NCBI GenBank assembly: GCA_963664825.1 | Contig: OY761614.1 | Coordinates: forward strand, 1,472,001-1,536,000 | Reading direction: 5' to 3' | Source of the DNA: an uncultured Holophaga sp. | GTDB taxonomy: Bacteria; Acidobacteriota; Holophagae; Holophagales; Holophagaceae | DNA length: 64,000 nt | Shown here: positions 31,723 to 41,727 of the stretch, in pieces | How the letters are laid out: each line of letters opens with the position of its first letter | Numbering within the stretch: the first letter of the stretch is position 1 | Made by a program: the position numbers and the translations under genes | Notes under the pieces: generated by a model | Seen by the model: the letters and a program-made list of their open reading frames with translations, nothing else | Database searches by the model: none | Told to the model about the DNA's origin: nothing

Positions 31723-33498
31723 CTACCAGCCGATTTGCCGGCCCCTATTCTGCTTCTCCAGCCACTTGGTGAGGGGTGCGAAGTACTCGGCCATGGCGCG
31801 GGTGCTGAGGTCTTCGCCAGTGGCGTCCTTGAGGAGTTTGCGCCAATCCTCGGTGGCCCCCTTCTTCAGCCAGGTCTCGAGGTACTTGCCCACCTCCGGG
31901 TGACCGGCGTAATTGGCGGCATGGGGATCCTGCTTGAGGATGTGCTTGCAGATGTAGTCGTGGAACTGGAACTTCAGCACGAAGGCGATGTTGTAGTTGA
32001 AGTAGTAGCCGGGGGCATCGTTGATATGGGTCTTGGTGGCCGCATCGCAAAAGGCCTCGCTGCGGGGGCTCGGGGGCTCCACCCCCTGGAGATCATGGAC
32101 CAGCTTCCACCAGCGGGCATTCATCTGGTCGGCGGGCATCTTCCCGGCGTAGAAGTCGGCCTCCCACTCGGTCATGGTGCCGCTGCCCCAATACATGAAG
32201 GGGATGGCCGTCTCCAGGGCTTCTGCCAGCAGCACCTGAATGGGATCGGCCTTGTAATCGGCGGGCAGGACGCCGGTGGCCTTCAGGTAGGGCACCTGAC
32301 GGGTGGCCAGGGACATGAGCTCGGCCATGCCCTCATGGAAAGCCGTGGTGGCGCTGTCCCGCAGGAGGGGTGGCACGGAGGGGTTGGAATAGGCCAGCTG
32401 GTAGTAGCCGTGGCCAATCTCATGATGGGCGGTGCTGAACCATTGGAAGTTGGGCTCCACGTTCATGAGGGCGCGCACATCCTGGTTCAGGTCGATGTGC
32501 CAGCAGGAGGCGTGGCTGTTCTTCTTGCGGGTGTCGCCGGGTTTGATGGGGTAGAGATCCGACTTCTGCCAGAAGCTCTCGGGCAGCTTGGGGAAGCCGA
32601 TGCTCTGGAAGAAGCTCTCGGCGGTCTTCACGATCTTCTCTGAGGTCCAGCCCTTCTCCGTGTTCACGAAGGCGTCGAAGTTGACCCCTTCGACCATGCC
32701 CGTCCATTCCTGGCTCCAGCGGTTATTGATCCAGTGGGCAGGGATGGCCTTGGGCACGGGCTGCTTGTACTTCTTGGCCAGCTCGTACTTGGCCCAGGTG
32801 TGCAGTTGCAGATAGAGCGGCTTCAGCACGGTGAGGAAGTCCCGGTGGAGCTTCAGCATCTCCTCGGTGGTCATGCCGTGTTTGGCGGCCTGGAGGGCGA
32901 AGAAATCCGCGTAGCCCAGTTCCTGGGCGCAGCCATTGCGCAGATCCCGAAGCTGGATGAGGCCCTCCTTGAGCACCGGGCCATTCTCCTTGGAGGCCGT
33001 CCAGGCCTTCAGGCGCTCGGCTGGGTCCCGGCTCTCTTCCAGAATCTTATCGATGCCATTGGCGGAGATGGGTTTGCCATCCAGCAGGAAGGTGAAACCG
33101 TTTTGGGTGGAGGCCTGCTTGGTCTCCATGGCGATGCGGCGGCCCGTGAGGGCCGGGTTGGTCATGGGGCCGTCGGCGGCGTTGAAGAGCACGCGCTCCA
33201 GTTCCCGGATGGTGAGGGGATTGAGCTGGCTCCTGGATTTGAGGAGTTCCCGGGCCTCCTGGATGAGGGCGGGGTTGCCATTGAAGGCGGCCCCGGCCTT
33301 GCCGGACCATTCGGCCGCCGCATCGTTTTCGGGCTTTACGTCCGTGCTGGCGGCCCAGGCGGCTTCCTGCTGGACGGCCGTGAGGGACTGGTAGGCCGCG
33401 TTCACCAGCTTCAGCAGGTGATCGGCCCGCTCCTGGTAGGGGGAAAGGGACTGGGCGATCATGGGCACACCGAGGATGAGGGCGGGGAGCAGGCGCAT
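31723..33498 (-). CDS. Secreted M2-family metallopeptidase (peptidyl-dipeptidase A/ACE-like)
   Basis: Signal peptide; IPAHW, HASCW, HHEIGH (HExxH), FHEGMAE third Zn ligand, DAATKTHI; ATG at 33498. Confidence 0.92.
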   Translation of the reverse strand: MRLLPALILGVPMIAQSLSPYQERADHLLKLVNAAYQSLTAVQQEAAWAASTDVKPENDAAAEWSGKAGAAFNGNPALIQEARELLKSRSQLNPLTIRELERVLFNAADGPMTNPALTGRRIAMETKQASTQNGFTFLLDGKPISANGIDKILEESRDPAERLKAWTASKENGPVLKEGLIQLRDLRNGCAQELGYADFFALQAAKHGMTTEEMLKLHRDFLTVLKPLYLQLHTWAKYELAKKYKQPVPKAIPAHWINNRWSQEWTGMVEGVNFDAFVNTEKGWTSEKIVKTAESFFQSIGFPKLPESFWQKSDLYPIKPGDTRKKNSHASCWHIDLNQDVRALMNVEPNFQWFSTAHHEIGHGYYQLAYSNPSVPPLLRDSATTAFHEGMAELMSLATRQVPYLKATGVLPADYKADPIQVLLAEALETAIPFMYWGSGTMTEWEADFYAGKMPADQMNARWWKLVHDLQGVEPPSPRSEAFCDAATKTHINDAPGYYFNYNIAFVLKFQFHDYICKHILKQDPHAANYAGHPEVGKYLETWLKKGATEDWRKLLKDATGEDLSTRAMAEYFAPLTKWLEKQNRGRQIGW

Positions 33499-33648
33499 GG
33501 AACCTCCGGATTCAGCCCCCATTCTGCACTGTCCCGGTCTGTGACGAACCGCAAAGAATTGCCATGGACAACCTGACGAATGGGGCCTCCGTGGTACCCT
33601 CCCCCAGTGGAGGGCGCCTCGCCTTCCCCCAACCTCGAAGGATGCCTT

Positions 33649-35001
33649 ATGCGCTACCTGCCATCGGCCCCCTCAGAGGACCGTGCGCTTCTGGACGCCA
33701 TCGGCGTCGAAAGCGCCGAGGCCCTCTTGAAGGGAATACCTCCCGAGCTCCGCCTCCAGCGTGAGTTGGATCTTCCGCCCCAGGCCTCGGAGCTCGAAGT
33801 GCTTCGGACCATGGAGGCCTTCGCCGCCCAGAATCGGCGCTTCAAGGCCCGCTTCCTGGGAGCCGGGGCCTACGAGCACTTCGTCCCCACGGCGGTGGAT
33901 ATGCTCACCAGCCGGGAGGAGTGGTTCACGGCCTACACCCCCTATCAGCCGGAGGTGGCCCAGGGCACCCTCCAGGCCATCTTCGAGTATCAGACCCTGA
34001 TCTGCGATCTGGTGGGCCTGGATGTCACCAATGCCTCCATGTATGACGGCGCCACGGCTACCGTGGAGGCCGCGCTCATGGCCGTGCGGGTGGCCAAGAA
34101 GAAGCACACCATCCTCATCAGCGAGGGTCTCCATCCCCACTATCAGGAGGTGCTCTGCACCAATATCACGCCCCACGAGGGCCTGAAGCTGGTGCAGGTG
34201 GCCCTCAAGGATGGGGTCACCGATCTCGAGGATCTCCGGGCCAAGCTGGGCTCCGATGTGGCCTGCGTCCTGGTGGGCTATCCCAATTTCCTGGGTTGCG
34301 TGGAAGACCTCAAGGCCATCCAGGAGCTCACCAAGGCCGCGGGGGCCCTGCTGGTATCGGTCACCCAGGAGGCCATGGCCTTCGGCTGGTTCGAGGCTCC
34401 AGGCCGCCTGGGCGTGGACATGGCCTGCGGCGAGGCCATGAGCTTCGGCAACTACGTCAGCTTCGGCGGCCCCTACCTGGGTTTCCTGGCCACCAAGGAC
34501 GCCTTCAAACGGGAGATCCCCGGACGCCTCATCGGCCAGACGAAGGATCTGGATGGACAGAACGGATATGTGCTGACCCTGGCCAGCCGGGAGCAGCACA
34601 TCCGCCGGGACAAGGCCACCTCCAACATCTGTTCGAACCAGGGCCTGGTGGCCCTGCGGGCCAATATCTTCCTCCAGCTGGCGGGCCCCGAGGGCCTGCG
34701 CGGCCTGGCCGAGCAGAATGCCGCCAAGGCCCAGTACCTGCGACAGCGCCTGCTGGAGCTACCGGCCTTCGAAGCCGTCCAGGATCAGCCCTTCTTCAAT
34801 GAATTCGTCCTGCGCTACAAGGGCGATGTGAAGGCGATGCAGGAGGCCTGCGCCTCCCATGACATCCTGGCCGGGCTGGATCTGAGCCCCTACGGCGGTT
34901 CTCTCAAGGGTTGCACCCTCTGGTGCGCCACCGAGACCACCACCCGTGAGCAGATCGAAAGCCTCGTCGAAGTGTTGGCCCGTATCCCAAGTCTTGGATG
35001 A
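33649..35001 (+). CDS. gcvPA: Glycine dehydrogenase subunit 1
   Basis: FLGAGAYEH, TAYTPYQPEVAQGTLQ, NASMYDGA, REQHIRRDKATSNICSNQ. Confidence 0.97.
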   Translation: MRYLPSAPSEDRALLDAIGVESAEALLKGIPPELRLQRELDLPPQASELEVLRTMEAFAAQNRRFKARFLGAGAYEHFVPTAVDMLTSREEWFTAYTPYQPEVAQGTLQAIFEYQTLICDLVGLDVTNASMYDGATATVEAALMAVRVAKKKHTILISEGLHPHYQEVLCTNITPHEGLKLVQVALKDGVTDLEDLRAKLGSDVACVLVGYPNFLGCVEDLKAIQELTKAAGALLVSVTQEAMAFGWFEAPGRLGVDMACGEAMSFGNYVSFGGPYLGFLATKDAFKREIPGRLIGQTKDLDGQNGYVLTLASREQHIRRDKATSNICSNQGLVALRANIFLQLAGPEGLRGLAEQNAAKAQYLRQRLLELPAFEAVQDQPFFNEFVLRYKGDVKAMQEACASHDILAGLDLSPYGGSLKGCTLWCATETTTREQIESLVEVLARIPSLG

Positions 35002-35011
35002 GGTGACGAAC

Positions 35012-36511
35012 ATGGCCCTCCGAACCCGTGAAACCCTGATTTTTGAACGCTCCGTGCCCGGCAAGGTGGGCATGGATCTCCCCCTCCTCGATGTGCCCAA
35101 AGCCCAGGACACGCGGCCCGCGCACCTGAAGCGGGGGGCCTTCGAGGCCCTCCCCTCCTGCTGCGAGGTCGATATCGTCCGCCACTTCACGCGGCTCTCC
35201 AAGTGGAACTACGGCCTGGACGATGGCATGTATCCCCTGGGCTCCTGCACCATGAAGCACAACCCGAGGCTCAACGAGAAGACCGCCATGCTGCCGGGCT
35301 TCACCGACAGCCATCCCATGGCCCAGGACATCCATGTCCAGGGCAATCTGGCCCTGATGTACACCCTGGAGAACTGGCTGAAGGAGATCACCGGCCTGCC
35401 TGCCGTCACGTTGCATCCAAGTGCCGGAGCCGCCGGCGAACTCACCGGCATCATGCTCATCCGCGCCTATCACGTCTCCAAGGGCAACCACCGCCGGGTG
35501 ATCCTGATCCCCGATAGCGGACATGGCACGAACCCGGCCTCCGCCAGCATGGCTGGCTTTGAAGTCATCGAGATGCCCTCCCGGGAGGACGGCACTATCA
35601 GCTTCGAGGATGTGACCGATCCCAGCACCGGCAAGGTCCGCAAGGGCTTCGCCACCCTGGTGAAGGAACTGGGCAGCGAGATCGCCGGGGCCATGATCAC
35701 CAACCCCAATACCCTCGGCATCTTCGAATACCGCATCAAGGAGATCGCCGGCATCCTCCATGGCATCGGCGCCCTGCTCTACATGGATGGCGCCAACATG
35801 AACGCCCTGGTGGGCACGGCCCGTCCCGGCGACTTCGGCGTGGACGTGATGCACCTGAACCTCCACAAGACCTTCTCCACCCCTCACGGGGGCGGCGGTC
35901 CGGGCTCGGGTCCCGTGGCGTGCAGCGCGGCCCTGGAGCCCTTCCTGCCCCGGCCTGTGGTGGTGAAGGAGGGCGCAAACTACCGCCTGGACTGGAACCG
36001 TCCCAGCAGCATGGGCAAGGTGCACGCCTTCTTCGGCAACTTCGGCATCGTGGTCCGCGCCATGACCTACTGCCTGAGCCATGGCAGCGACGGCCTCAAG
36101 GCCGCCACCCTGCGGGCTATTCTGAACGCCAATTACATTCGAAAGGAACTCACCGGGGTCTACCACCTGCAGTACGACACGCCGACCCTGCACGAGATCG
36201 TCTTCGACGATAGCTTCCAGACCAAGCAGGATGTGAGCACGCTGGATATCGCCAAGCGGCTCCTGGACTACGGTTTCCATCCCCCGACGATCTACTTCCC
36301 CCTCATCGTCCACGGCGCGCTCATGATCGAGCCCACCGAGAGCGAGAGCAAGGAAGAGATGGATGTCTTCATCGACACCATGAAGAAGATCGCCCAGGAG
36401 GCGACCGAAGATTCCGGCCTCCTGCATCAGGCCCCCACCACCACTGTGGTGCGTCGCATGGACGAGACACTGGCCGCCCGCAAGCCCGTGTTGAAGTGGA
36501 CGAAGGCCTGA
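35012..36511 (+). CDS. gcvPB: Glycine dehydrogenase subunit 2
   Basis: YPLGSCTMK, HGTNPASA, YMDGANMNA, HLNLHKTFSTPHGGGGPG, MIEPTESE. Confidence 0.97.
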   Translation: MALRTRETLIFERSVPGKVGMDLPLLDVPKAQDTRPAHLKRGAFEALPSCCEVDIVRHFTRLSKWNYGLDDGMYPLGSCTMKHNPRLNEKTAMLPGFTDSHPMAQDIHVQGNLALMYTLENWLKEITGLPAVTLHPSAGAAGELTGIMLIRAYHVSKGNHRRVILIPDSGHGTNPASASMAGFEVIEMPSREDGTISFEDVTDPSTGKVRKGFATLVKELGSEIAGAMITNPNTLGIFEYRIKEIAGILHGIGALLYMDGANMNALVGTARPGDFGVDVMHLNLHKTFSTPHGGGGPGSGPVACSAALEPFLPRPVVVKEGANYRLDWNRPSSMGKVHAFFGNFGIVVRAMTYCLSHGSDGLKAATLRAILNANYIRKELTGVYHLQYDTPTLHEIVFDDSFQTKQDVSTLDIAKRLLDYGFHPPTIYFPLIVHGALMIEPTESESKEEMDVFIDTMKKIAQEATEDSGLLHQAPTTTVVRRMDETLAARKPVLKWTKA

Positions 36512-36525
36512 TCTTCTTTCCCTTT

Positions 36526-36566
36526 TATACAGAACGAGGCCGGGTTTCCCGGCCTCGTTCTGTATA
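36526..36566. terminator. 19-bp perfect hairpin between convergent gcvPB and ridA (bidirectional terminator)
   Basis: TATACAGAACGAGGCCGGG-TTT-CCCGGCCTCGTTCTGTATA. Confidence 0.8.
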
Positions 36567-36577
36567 GAGGAAAAACT

Positions 36578-36955
36578 TCAAATCTCGGCGATGAGTTCGA
36601 TCTCGACCTTCGCCCCCTTGGGCAGTCCGGCGACCTGCACCGTGCTGCGGGCGGGCTTGGCGCCGTTGAGATGCTGCTCGTATACCTTGTTGAAGGCGCC
36701 GAAATCAGCCATGTCCGTCAGGAAGACGGTGGTCTTGACGACGCGGTCCCAGCCGGTCACGGCTTCCTTGATGACGGCGTCCAGGTTCTGGAGGACTCGC
36801 AGGGTCTGGGCCTCGATGGAACCCGTCACCATCTCCATGGTCTCGGGGACGAGGGGGATCTGGCCGGAGGTGAAGAGCAGGTTGCCCACGATCTTGGCCT
36901 GGCTGTAAGGGCCGATGGCGTCGGGGGCATTGGGGGTTGCGATGGTTCGGATCAT
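36578..36955 (-). CDS. ridA: RidA/YjgF family enamine deaminase
   Basis: AIGPYSQA, SGQIP, VKTTVFL, PARSTVQV, LPKGAKVEIE. Confidence 0.93.
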   Translation of the reverse strand: MIRTIATPNAPDAIGPYSQAKIVGNLLFTSGQIPLVPETMEMVTGSIEAQTLRVLQNLDAVIKEAVTGWDRVVKTTVFLTDMADFGAFNKVYEQHLNGAKPARSTVQVAGLPKGAKVEIELIAEI

Positions 36956-36975
36956 GGGATTCCTCTAGAAGAAGG

Positions 36976-37950
36976 TTAATTTTTTCCCCAGCGTCGCTTC
37001 TTCCCGCGCCAGCCCTTATGGGGGGTCGGGGCGGGGGCGGGCATGGGGCTCTCGAAAGGCGAGGCCAGGGTCGCCTCTCCCGGGGTGGTCTCTGGGTCCT
37101 CCAGATTCCCTACACCCTCCTCGATCTGTGTCTGCACCACCTGGGCCGTGCGGTGCATGAGGGCGGCCAGGCAGAGGCTGGCCTCGATGCGGGCGTGGGG
37201 CAGTGGCCCCAGTTGCACGAAGACACTTGGGTCAGGGGGAATGTTCCTGGGGATGATGAATTCCGGGAGAGGCGCCGAAAGCGTGTCGTAGGCTTCGGGA
37301 GTCACCCGCAGCCAGGGATCGGCGAAGGCGTGTTTCCGGGCCAGGAGCTCCAGCAGGGAAACGACCTTCCTGGGCCTTCCCCGCTTGCGGGGGGCGGGTT
37401 CGGTGGTTTCGTTGGAGGCGTCCAGGAGGGCCTGGAGGGCCTCCAGGATTTCATCCTTGGTCTTGCCCCGCAGATCGAAGAGCAGCCAGGGGTCCCGGTC
37501 CAGGGCCTCGGCCATGATGTAGCAGGCCGCGGCCACATGCTTGCAGGGATTGGCCCAGTCGGGGCAATCGCAGTGGGTCTGCAGTTCCTTGGGGACCCTT
37601 GGATAGAGGCTGGCCCCGGCCTCCCGGAAGGTCTCATCGAGGCCTTGAGGCATCTCGCCGGCCAGCAGCGAGGCCACGAAGCGGCTCTCCTGGGCGATGC
37701 GTTCGAGGGCCTTCTCCCACTGGGTGGCGCTGAGGGCTGGGAGCCCGAGGGTGACGTTGTAGGTCTTGCGGCCATGCACCTTGGCCTGGATCTCCCCGGG
37801 GATGATCGTGAAGTGGCTGACGGCGCCTTCTTCCGCGTATTTCTTGCCCCGGGGCAGGCGGTTCTCGTAATCATCGCCCAGTTTCTCCAGGCCGCTGATC
37901 CAGAGGCGGCCCCACCAGGTGGTGCCGAAGCGATCGCTGGAATGGATCAT
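36976..37950 (-). CDS. SWIM zinc-finger protein
   Basis: FGTTWWG..W, RLPRGKKYA, CDCPDWANPCKHVAA, DPWLLFDLRG; start overlaps the SNF2 stop. Confidence 0.92.
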   Translation of the reverse strand: MIHSSDRFGTTWWGRLWISGLEKLGDDYENRLPRGKKYAEEGAVSHFTIIPGEIQAKVHGRKTYNVTLGLPALSATQWEKALERIAQESRFVASLLAGEMPQGLDETFREAGASLYPRVPKELQTHCDCPDWANPCKHVAAACYIMAEALDRDPWLLFDLRGKTKDEILEALQALLDASNETTEPAPRKRGRPRKVVSLLELLARKHAFADPWLRVTPEAYDTLSAPLPEFIIPRNIPPDPSVFVQLGPLPHARIEASLCLAALMHRTAQVVQTQIEEGVGNLEDPETTPGEATLASPFESPMPAPAPTPHKGWRGKKRRWGKN

Positions 37951-40900
37951 CCGATCACTCCTCTTGGTTTCGGGGGGCGCCCGCGACGTCGGGGCGGGGG
38001 CTTGGGGGCAGAGGCGATCCTGACCTCGGGGGCTTGGGATCCTGTCTCAAGGGGGGCGGCCTCTTCCTCAGGGGCTTGGTGGGGGGAGGCGTGCTCCAGC
38101 AGAGGGGGGTGAGCGATGCCGTTGCATTCCTCATCGGTCATCAGGTCCACATCGGTATCCAGGCTCACCAGATGGCGCAGGGCCTCATCATCCAGCTGGG
38201 TGAGCCAGCCTTCTCCGCTGCCCACCACGCGATCAGCCAGATCGCGCTTGCTCTCGAGCATGGCGTCGATCTTTTCTTCCAGGGTGCCCATGGTGATGAG
38301 CTTGTGGACCTGGACGTTGCGGGTCTGGCCGATGCGGTAGGTGCGGTCCGTGGCCTGGTCTTCCACCGCCGGGTTCCACCAGCGATCGAAGTGGAAGACG
38401 TGGGTGGCCGCCGTGAGATTGAGGCCCACGCCACCGGCCTTGAGGCTGAGGATCAGGACCGGGGCGCCATCGGCGTCCTCCTGGAAGGAGCGCACCATCT
38501 CGTCGCGCTGATCCCGGGTGGTGCCACCGTGCAGGAAAGGCGGTTCGAAGCCCAGCACATCCTTCAGGTGGATCTGGAGGCGGTCCCCCATCTCCTTGAA
38601 CTGGGTGAAGACCAGGGCCTTGTCGCCGGTCTCCATGACTTCTTCGAGCATATCCGTGAGGCGTTCAAGCTTGCCGCTCCTGGCCTTGTAGGGCCCCTGT
38701 TGCTTGAGAAACTGGCTGGGGTGGTTGCAGATCTGCTTGAGGTGGGTGAGGAGCGCCAGGATGCGCCCCCGGCGCTCCATGCCGGTGGAGGCGGCCAGGT
38801 CTTGCTCCATCTGCCCCACCCGGGCCTGGTAGAGCGCGGCCTGCTCCTTGGTGAGCTGGGTGTAGACCTTCATTTCGTTCTTCTCGGGCAGATCCTGGAT
38901 GATGGCCCGGTCCGTCTTCAGGCGGCGGAGGATGAAGGGGCCCACCCGCTGGCGCAGTTCCAGCGCCGCGTCGGGATCGCGATACTTCTCGATGGGGTTG
39001 GCGAAGTGCTCCTTGAAGCTGCTCTCGCTGCCCAGGTATCCCGTGAGGGCGAAGGCGAGAATGGACCACAATTCCACCAGCCTATTCTCGATGGGCGTGC
39101 CTGTGAGGGCGATCTTGAAAGGCGCCCGGATGCGGCGCATGGCCTTGGCCTGGGCGCTGCCGGCGTTCTTGATGCCCTGGGCCTCGTCGACCACCACGCC
39201 GCCCCAGGTGCGGGCCCCGAAGATCTCCTCCTCCCGGCGGATCACGCCATAGGTGGAGAGCACGATGGTGTGGGGCCTGAAGGTCATCGGCAAGGTCTCG
39301 CGGTTATTGCCGTGATGGACGAAGAAGGGGAGGCTCGGGGAGAATTTGGCGATCTCGCGCTCCCAGTTGCCCAACAGGGACGTGGGGCAGACCAGCAGGA
39401 GGGGCGGGCCGAAGGAGGGGCTCTGCTCCTGGCGGTGCAGCATCAGGGCCAGCACCTGGATGGTCTTGCCCAGGCCCATATCGTCGGCCAGGATGCCCCC
39501 CAGCCCCAGGCGCGTCAGGCCCTCCAGCCAGGCCAGGCCCCGCAGCTGGTAGGGGCGCAGCTCTCCCTTGAAACTCTTGGGCTGAGTGAGGGGCTTGTCG
39601 GGCAGGTTCTTCAGCTCGGAGAGGGCGGCGCCAAAGTCCCCGGCCACTTCCACTTCGATGGCCTCGCTCACGCCTGGGATGCGCGTGGTGCCCGTGAGGG
39701 CGGCGGCCAGGGCCTGACCCCGGCTCATGCTATCGAAACCCTTCTCCCGGCTGGCCTGGATGACGGCGCTGATCTGCTTGAGGGTCTCGGGATCCAGGGC
39801 CACCCATTTGCCCTTCCAGGCCACCAGCGGATGCTTGAGGCTGGCCATCTGGGCGAAGTCTTCGATCTCCAATTGATCGTCGCCGAGCATGAGGGACCAC
39901 TCGGCCGAGACAGAGCCCTCCAGGCCCTCCTGGCGAGCCTGAAGGGTCGGGGCTTCCTCCATGCGGTGGGCGCCCAGGCGCACCTTGGCCCGCAGGCGTC
40001 GAGCTCCGCCGAATTCGGCCATGCCCTCGGGGATATGGACCAGGAATCCGGCTTCCTTGAGCTGGTCGGCCCCTCGAGTGAGGAAGATCCAGGCTTCGGT
40101 GGGGAGCAGGACCATATCCTCGGGCTTCTGGCCCGAGAGGGCCCCTTCCAGGGCCGGAAAGAAGGGTACGGCCCGGGCCAGACCGCGGAGTAGCACCTTG
40201 CGGGCCTCCAGCACCACCTCTTCGGTGGAGGGCTCCCAGAGCCGGGCCACGGGGATGAATTCATCGTCCTGGTTCTCCAGGCCCACCTTCAGGATCCAGC
40301 CTTCTTCACTCAGGCGATCGGCCTCCTGGATGGCGTCCAGATCGCAGGGGACGGGCGGGGCTTCCAGGCAGAGGCTGGGACGGGTCCATTGGGGCCGAGC
40401 GCCCTCGCTCCACTGCTCTAGTTGTTCTCCCAAGGTGCGCTCCGTCACGCCGATGGTGGGGAACTCGTTCATGGGATGGGAAAGGGCCACCATCAGGCGC
40501 TCGTCCCAGGGCAGGCGGTCCCGCTTGTGGCCGCGCAGGCGGTGGATGAGGCCCAGGCGAGGGTCCTCGCCCTGTCTCAGACCCCCGGCCACCAGGCGCA
40601 CCAGGAAATCGGCCCCATCCTCCAGGAAGGCCCGCAGCAGGCCTTCGGCCGAGGGGGGCATGGCGAGATCGTCATCGACCTCCTCCATATCGAGGGTGCC
40701 CAGGGCCAGGCCCTTGGTGAAGACCCAGATATCGTCCTCAGGGAAGGCCAGCACGGAAGGCGGCATGGCCGCCACCAGGTGATCCAGGGCCTTCCGGTCC
40801 GCGGGGCTGGTGAGGCTGATGCCCCACATCGCTCGCCAGGGATTGGTCTCAGTGTTGAGTTGGGGCAGGAGGGCTCCCCGGATGACCAGGGACTGGAGCA

Positions 40901-41195
40901 GCCGCAGGGCGGAGGACCAGAAGGCCAGACTGCCCCCCAGGTGTTCCGGATCCGCAGGCAGGCTGGCCAGCCAGGGAAGGGCCCGCTGCCAGCGGAGGGG
41001 CACGGTGTGGCCCTCCACCAGGGTGCCATCGGGCAGGAAGAGCTGGGCCCGGGCTGGCGTGAGCCGATCCCGGCCGTGCAGGTTCCCAGGCAGGCTCCGG
41101 AGGACCCGCTGCCAGGTGGCGGGGTCCGCGGGACCTGGCAGGGCGATGACGAAACCGCGGTCGAGCGGGCGATACTGGAGGACAGGACGGATCAT
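37947..41195 (-). CDS. SNF2-family (DEAQ) helicase/ATPase
   Basis: LRPYQ, LADDMGLGKT, DEAQ, LTGTPIEN, LRRLK, SLKAGGVGLNL, WWNPAVEDQATDR. Confidence 0.96.
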   Translation of the reverse strand: MIRPVLQYRPLDRGFVIALPGPADPATWQRVLRSLPGNLHGRDRLTPARAQLFLPDGTLVEGHTVPLRWQRALPWLASLPADPEHLGGSLAFWSSALRLLQSLVIRGALLPQLNTETNPWRAMWGISLTSPADRKALDHLVAAMPPSVLAFPEDDIWVFTKGLALGTLDMEEVDDDLAMPPSAEGLLRAFLEDGADFLVRLVAGGLRQGEDPRLGLIHRLRGHKRDRLPWDERLMVALSHPMNEFPTIGVTERTLGEQLEQWSEGARPQWTRPSLCLEAPPVPCDLDAIQEADRLSEEGWILKVGLENQDDEFIPVARLWEPSTEEVVLEARKVLLRGLARAVPFFPALEGALSGQKPEDMVLLPTEAWIFLTRGADQLKEAGFLVHIPEGMAEFGGARRLRAKVRLGAHRMEEAPTLQARQEGLEGSVSAEWSLMLGDDQLEIEDFAQMASLKHPLVAWKGKWVALDPETLKQISAVIQASREKGFDSMSRGQALAAALTGTTRIPGVSEAIEVEVAGDFGAALSELKNLPDKPLTQPKSFKGELRPYQLRGLAWLEGLTRLGLGGILADDMGLGKTIQVLALMLHRQEQSPSFGPPLLLVCPTSLLGNWEREIAKFSPSLPFFVHHGNNRETLPMTFRPHTIVLSTYGVIRREEEIFGARTWGGVVVDEAQGIKNAGSAQAKAMRRIRAPFKIALTGTPIENRLVELWSILAFALTGYLGSESSFKEHFANPIEKYRDPDAALELRQRVGPFILRRLKTDRAIIQDLPEKNEMKVYTQLTKEQAALYQARVGQMEQDLAASTGMERRGRILALLTHLKQICNHPSQFLKQQGPYKARSGKLERLTDMLEEVMETGDKALVFTQFKEMGDRLQIHLKDVLGFEPPFLHGGTTRDQRDEMVRSFQEDADGAPVLILSLKAGGVGLNLTAATHVFHFDRWWNPAVEDQATDRTYRIGQTRNVQVHKLITMGTLEEKIDAMLESKRDLADRVVGSGEGWLTQLDDEALRHLVSLDTDVDLMTDEECNGIAHPPLLEHASPHQAPEEEAAPLETGSQAPEVRIASAPKPPPRRRGRPPKPRGVIG

Positions 41196-41223
41196 TCCGT
41201 TACATTTCTCTGGAGAAGTGAAA

Positions 41224-41649
41224 ATGCGAATTGGGTTTGCGAGCGACCATGCGGGCTTTGACCTGAAAGAACACCTGAAGAGATGGGCAGTGGCCCAGGG
41301 ACACGAGGCCGTGGACTTTGGTACCGAGGGTCTTGCCTCTGTGGACTATCCGGATTTCGCGCACCGGGCGGCGGAAGGGAAGAGCAAGTGGGACAGACTG
41401 GTGCTAGTTTGCGGTTCCGGCATCGGGATCAGCATGGCGGCCAACCGCCATGCCGGCATCCGCTGCGCCCTGGTGACCTCCCCAGCGCACGCCGAACTGG
41501 CTCGTCAGCACAATGACGCAAACGCCATCGCTTTCGGCCAGCGGCTGACGGATCCGCTGCAGGCTGAATCTTACCTCAAAATCTTCTTGGAAACCCCTTT
41601 TGAAGGGGGAAGGCACCAGAGGCGAGTGGAAAAGATCGAGATCGCCTAG
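41224..41649 (+). CDS. rpiB: Ribose-5-phosphate isomerase B
   Basis: SDHAG, VDYPD, CGSGIG, HNDAN, FEGGRH; ATG at 41224. Confidence 0.95.
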   Translation: MRIGFASDHAGFDLKEHLKRWAVAQGHEAVDFGTEGLASVDYPDFAHRAAEGKSKWDRLVLVCGSGIGISMAANRHAGIRCALVTSPAHAELARQHNDANAIAFGQRLTDPLQAESYLKIFLETPFEGGRHQRRVEKIEIA

Positions 41650-41727
41650 ACCTCTGGGTGAGTGATTCCAAAGGTTCAGGGGTTTTCAGGGAATTTTCAA
41701 GTTCTATTGTCAGAACGAAAGGTCTTC

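Noticed and set aside
33499..33648. Glycine riboswitch upstream of gcvPA
   Set aside because: The gap is short and shows no recognisable aptamer motifs.
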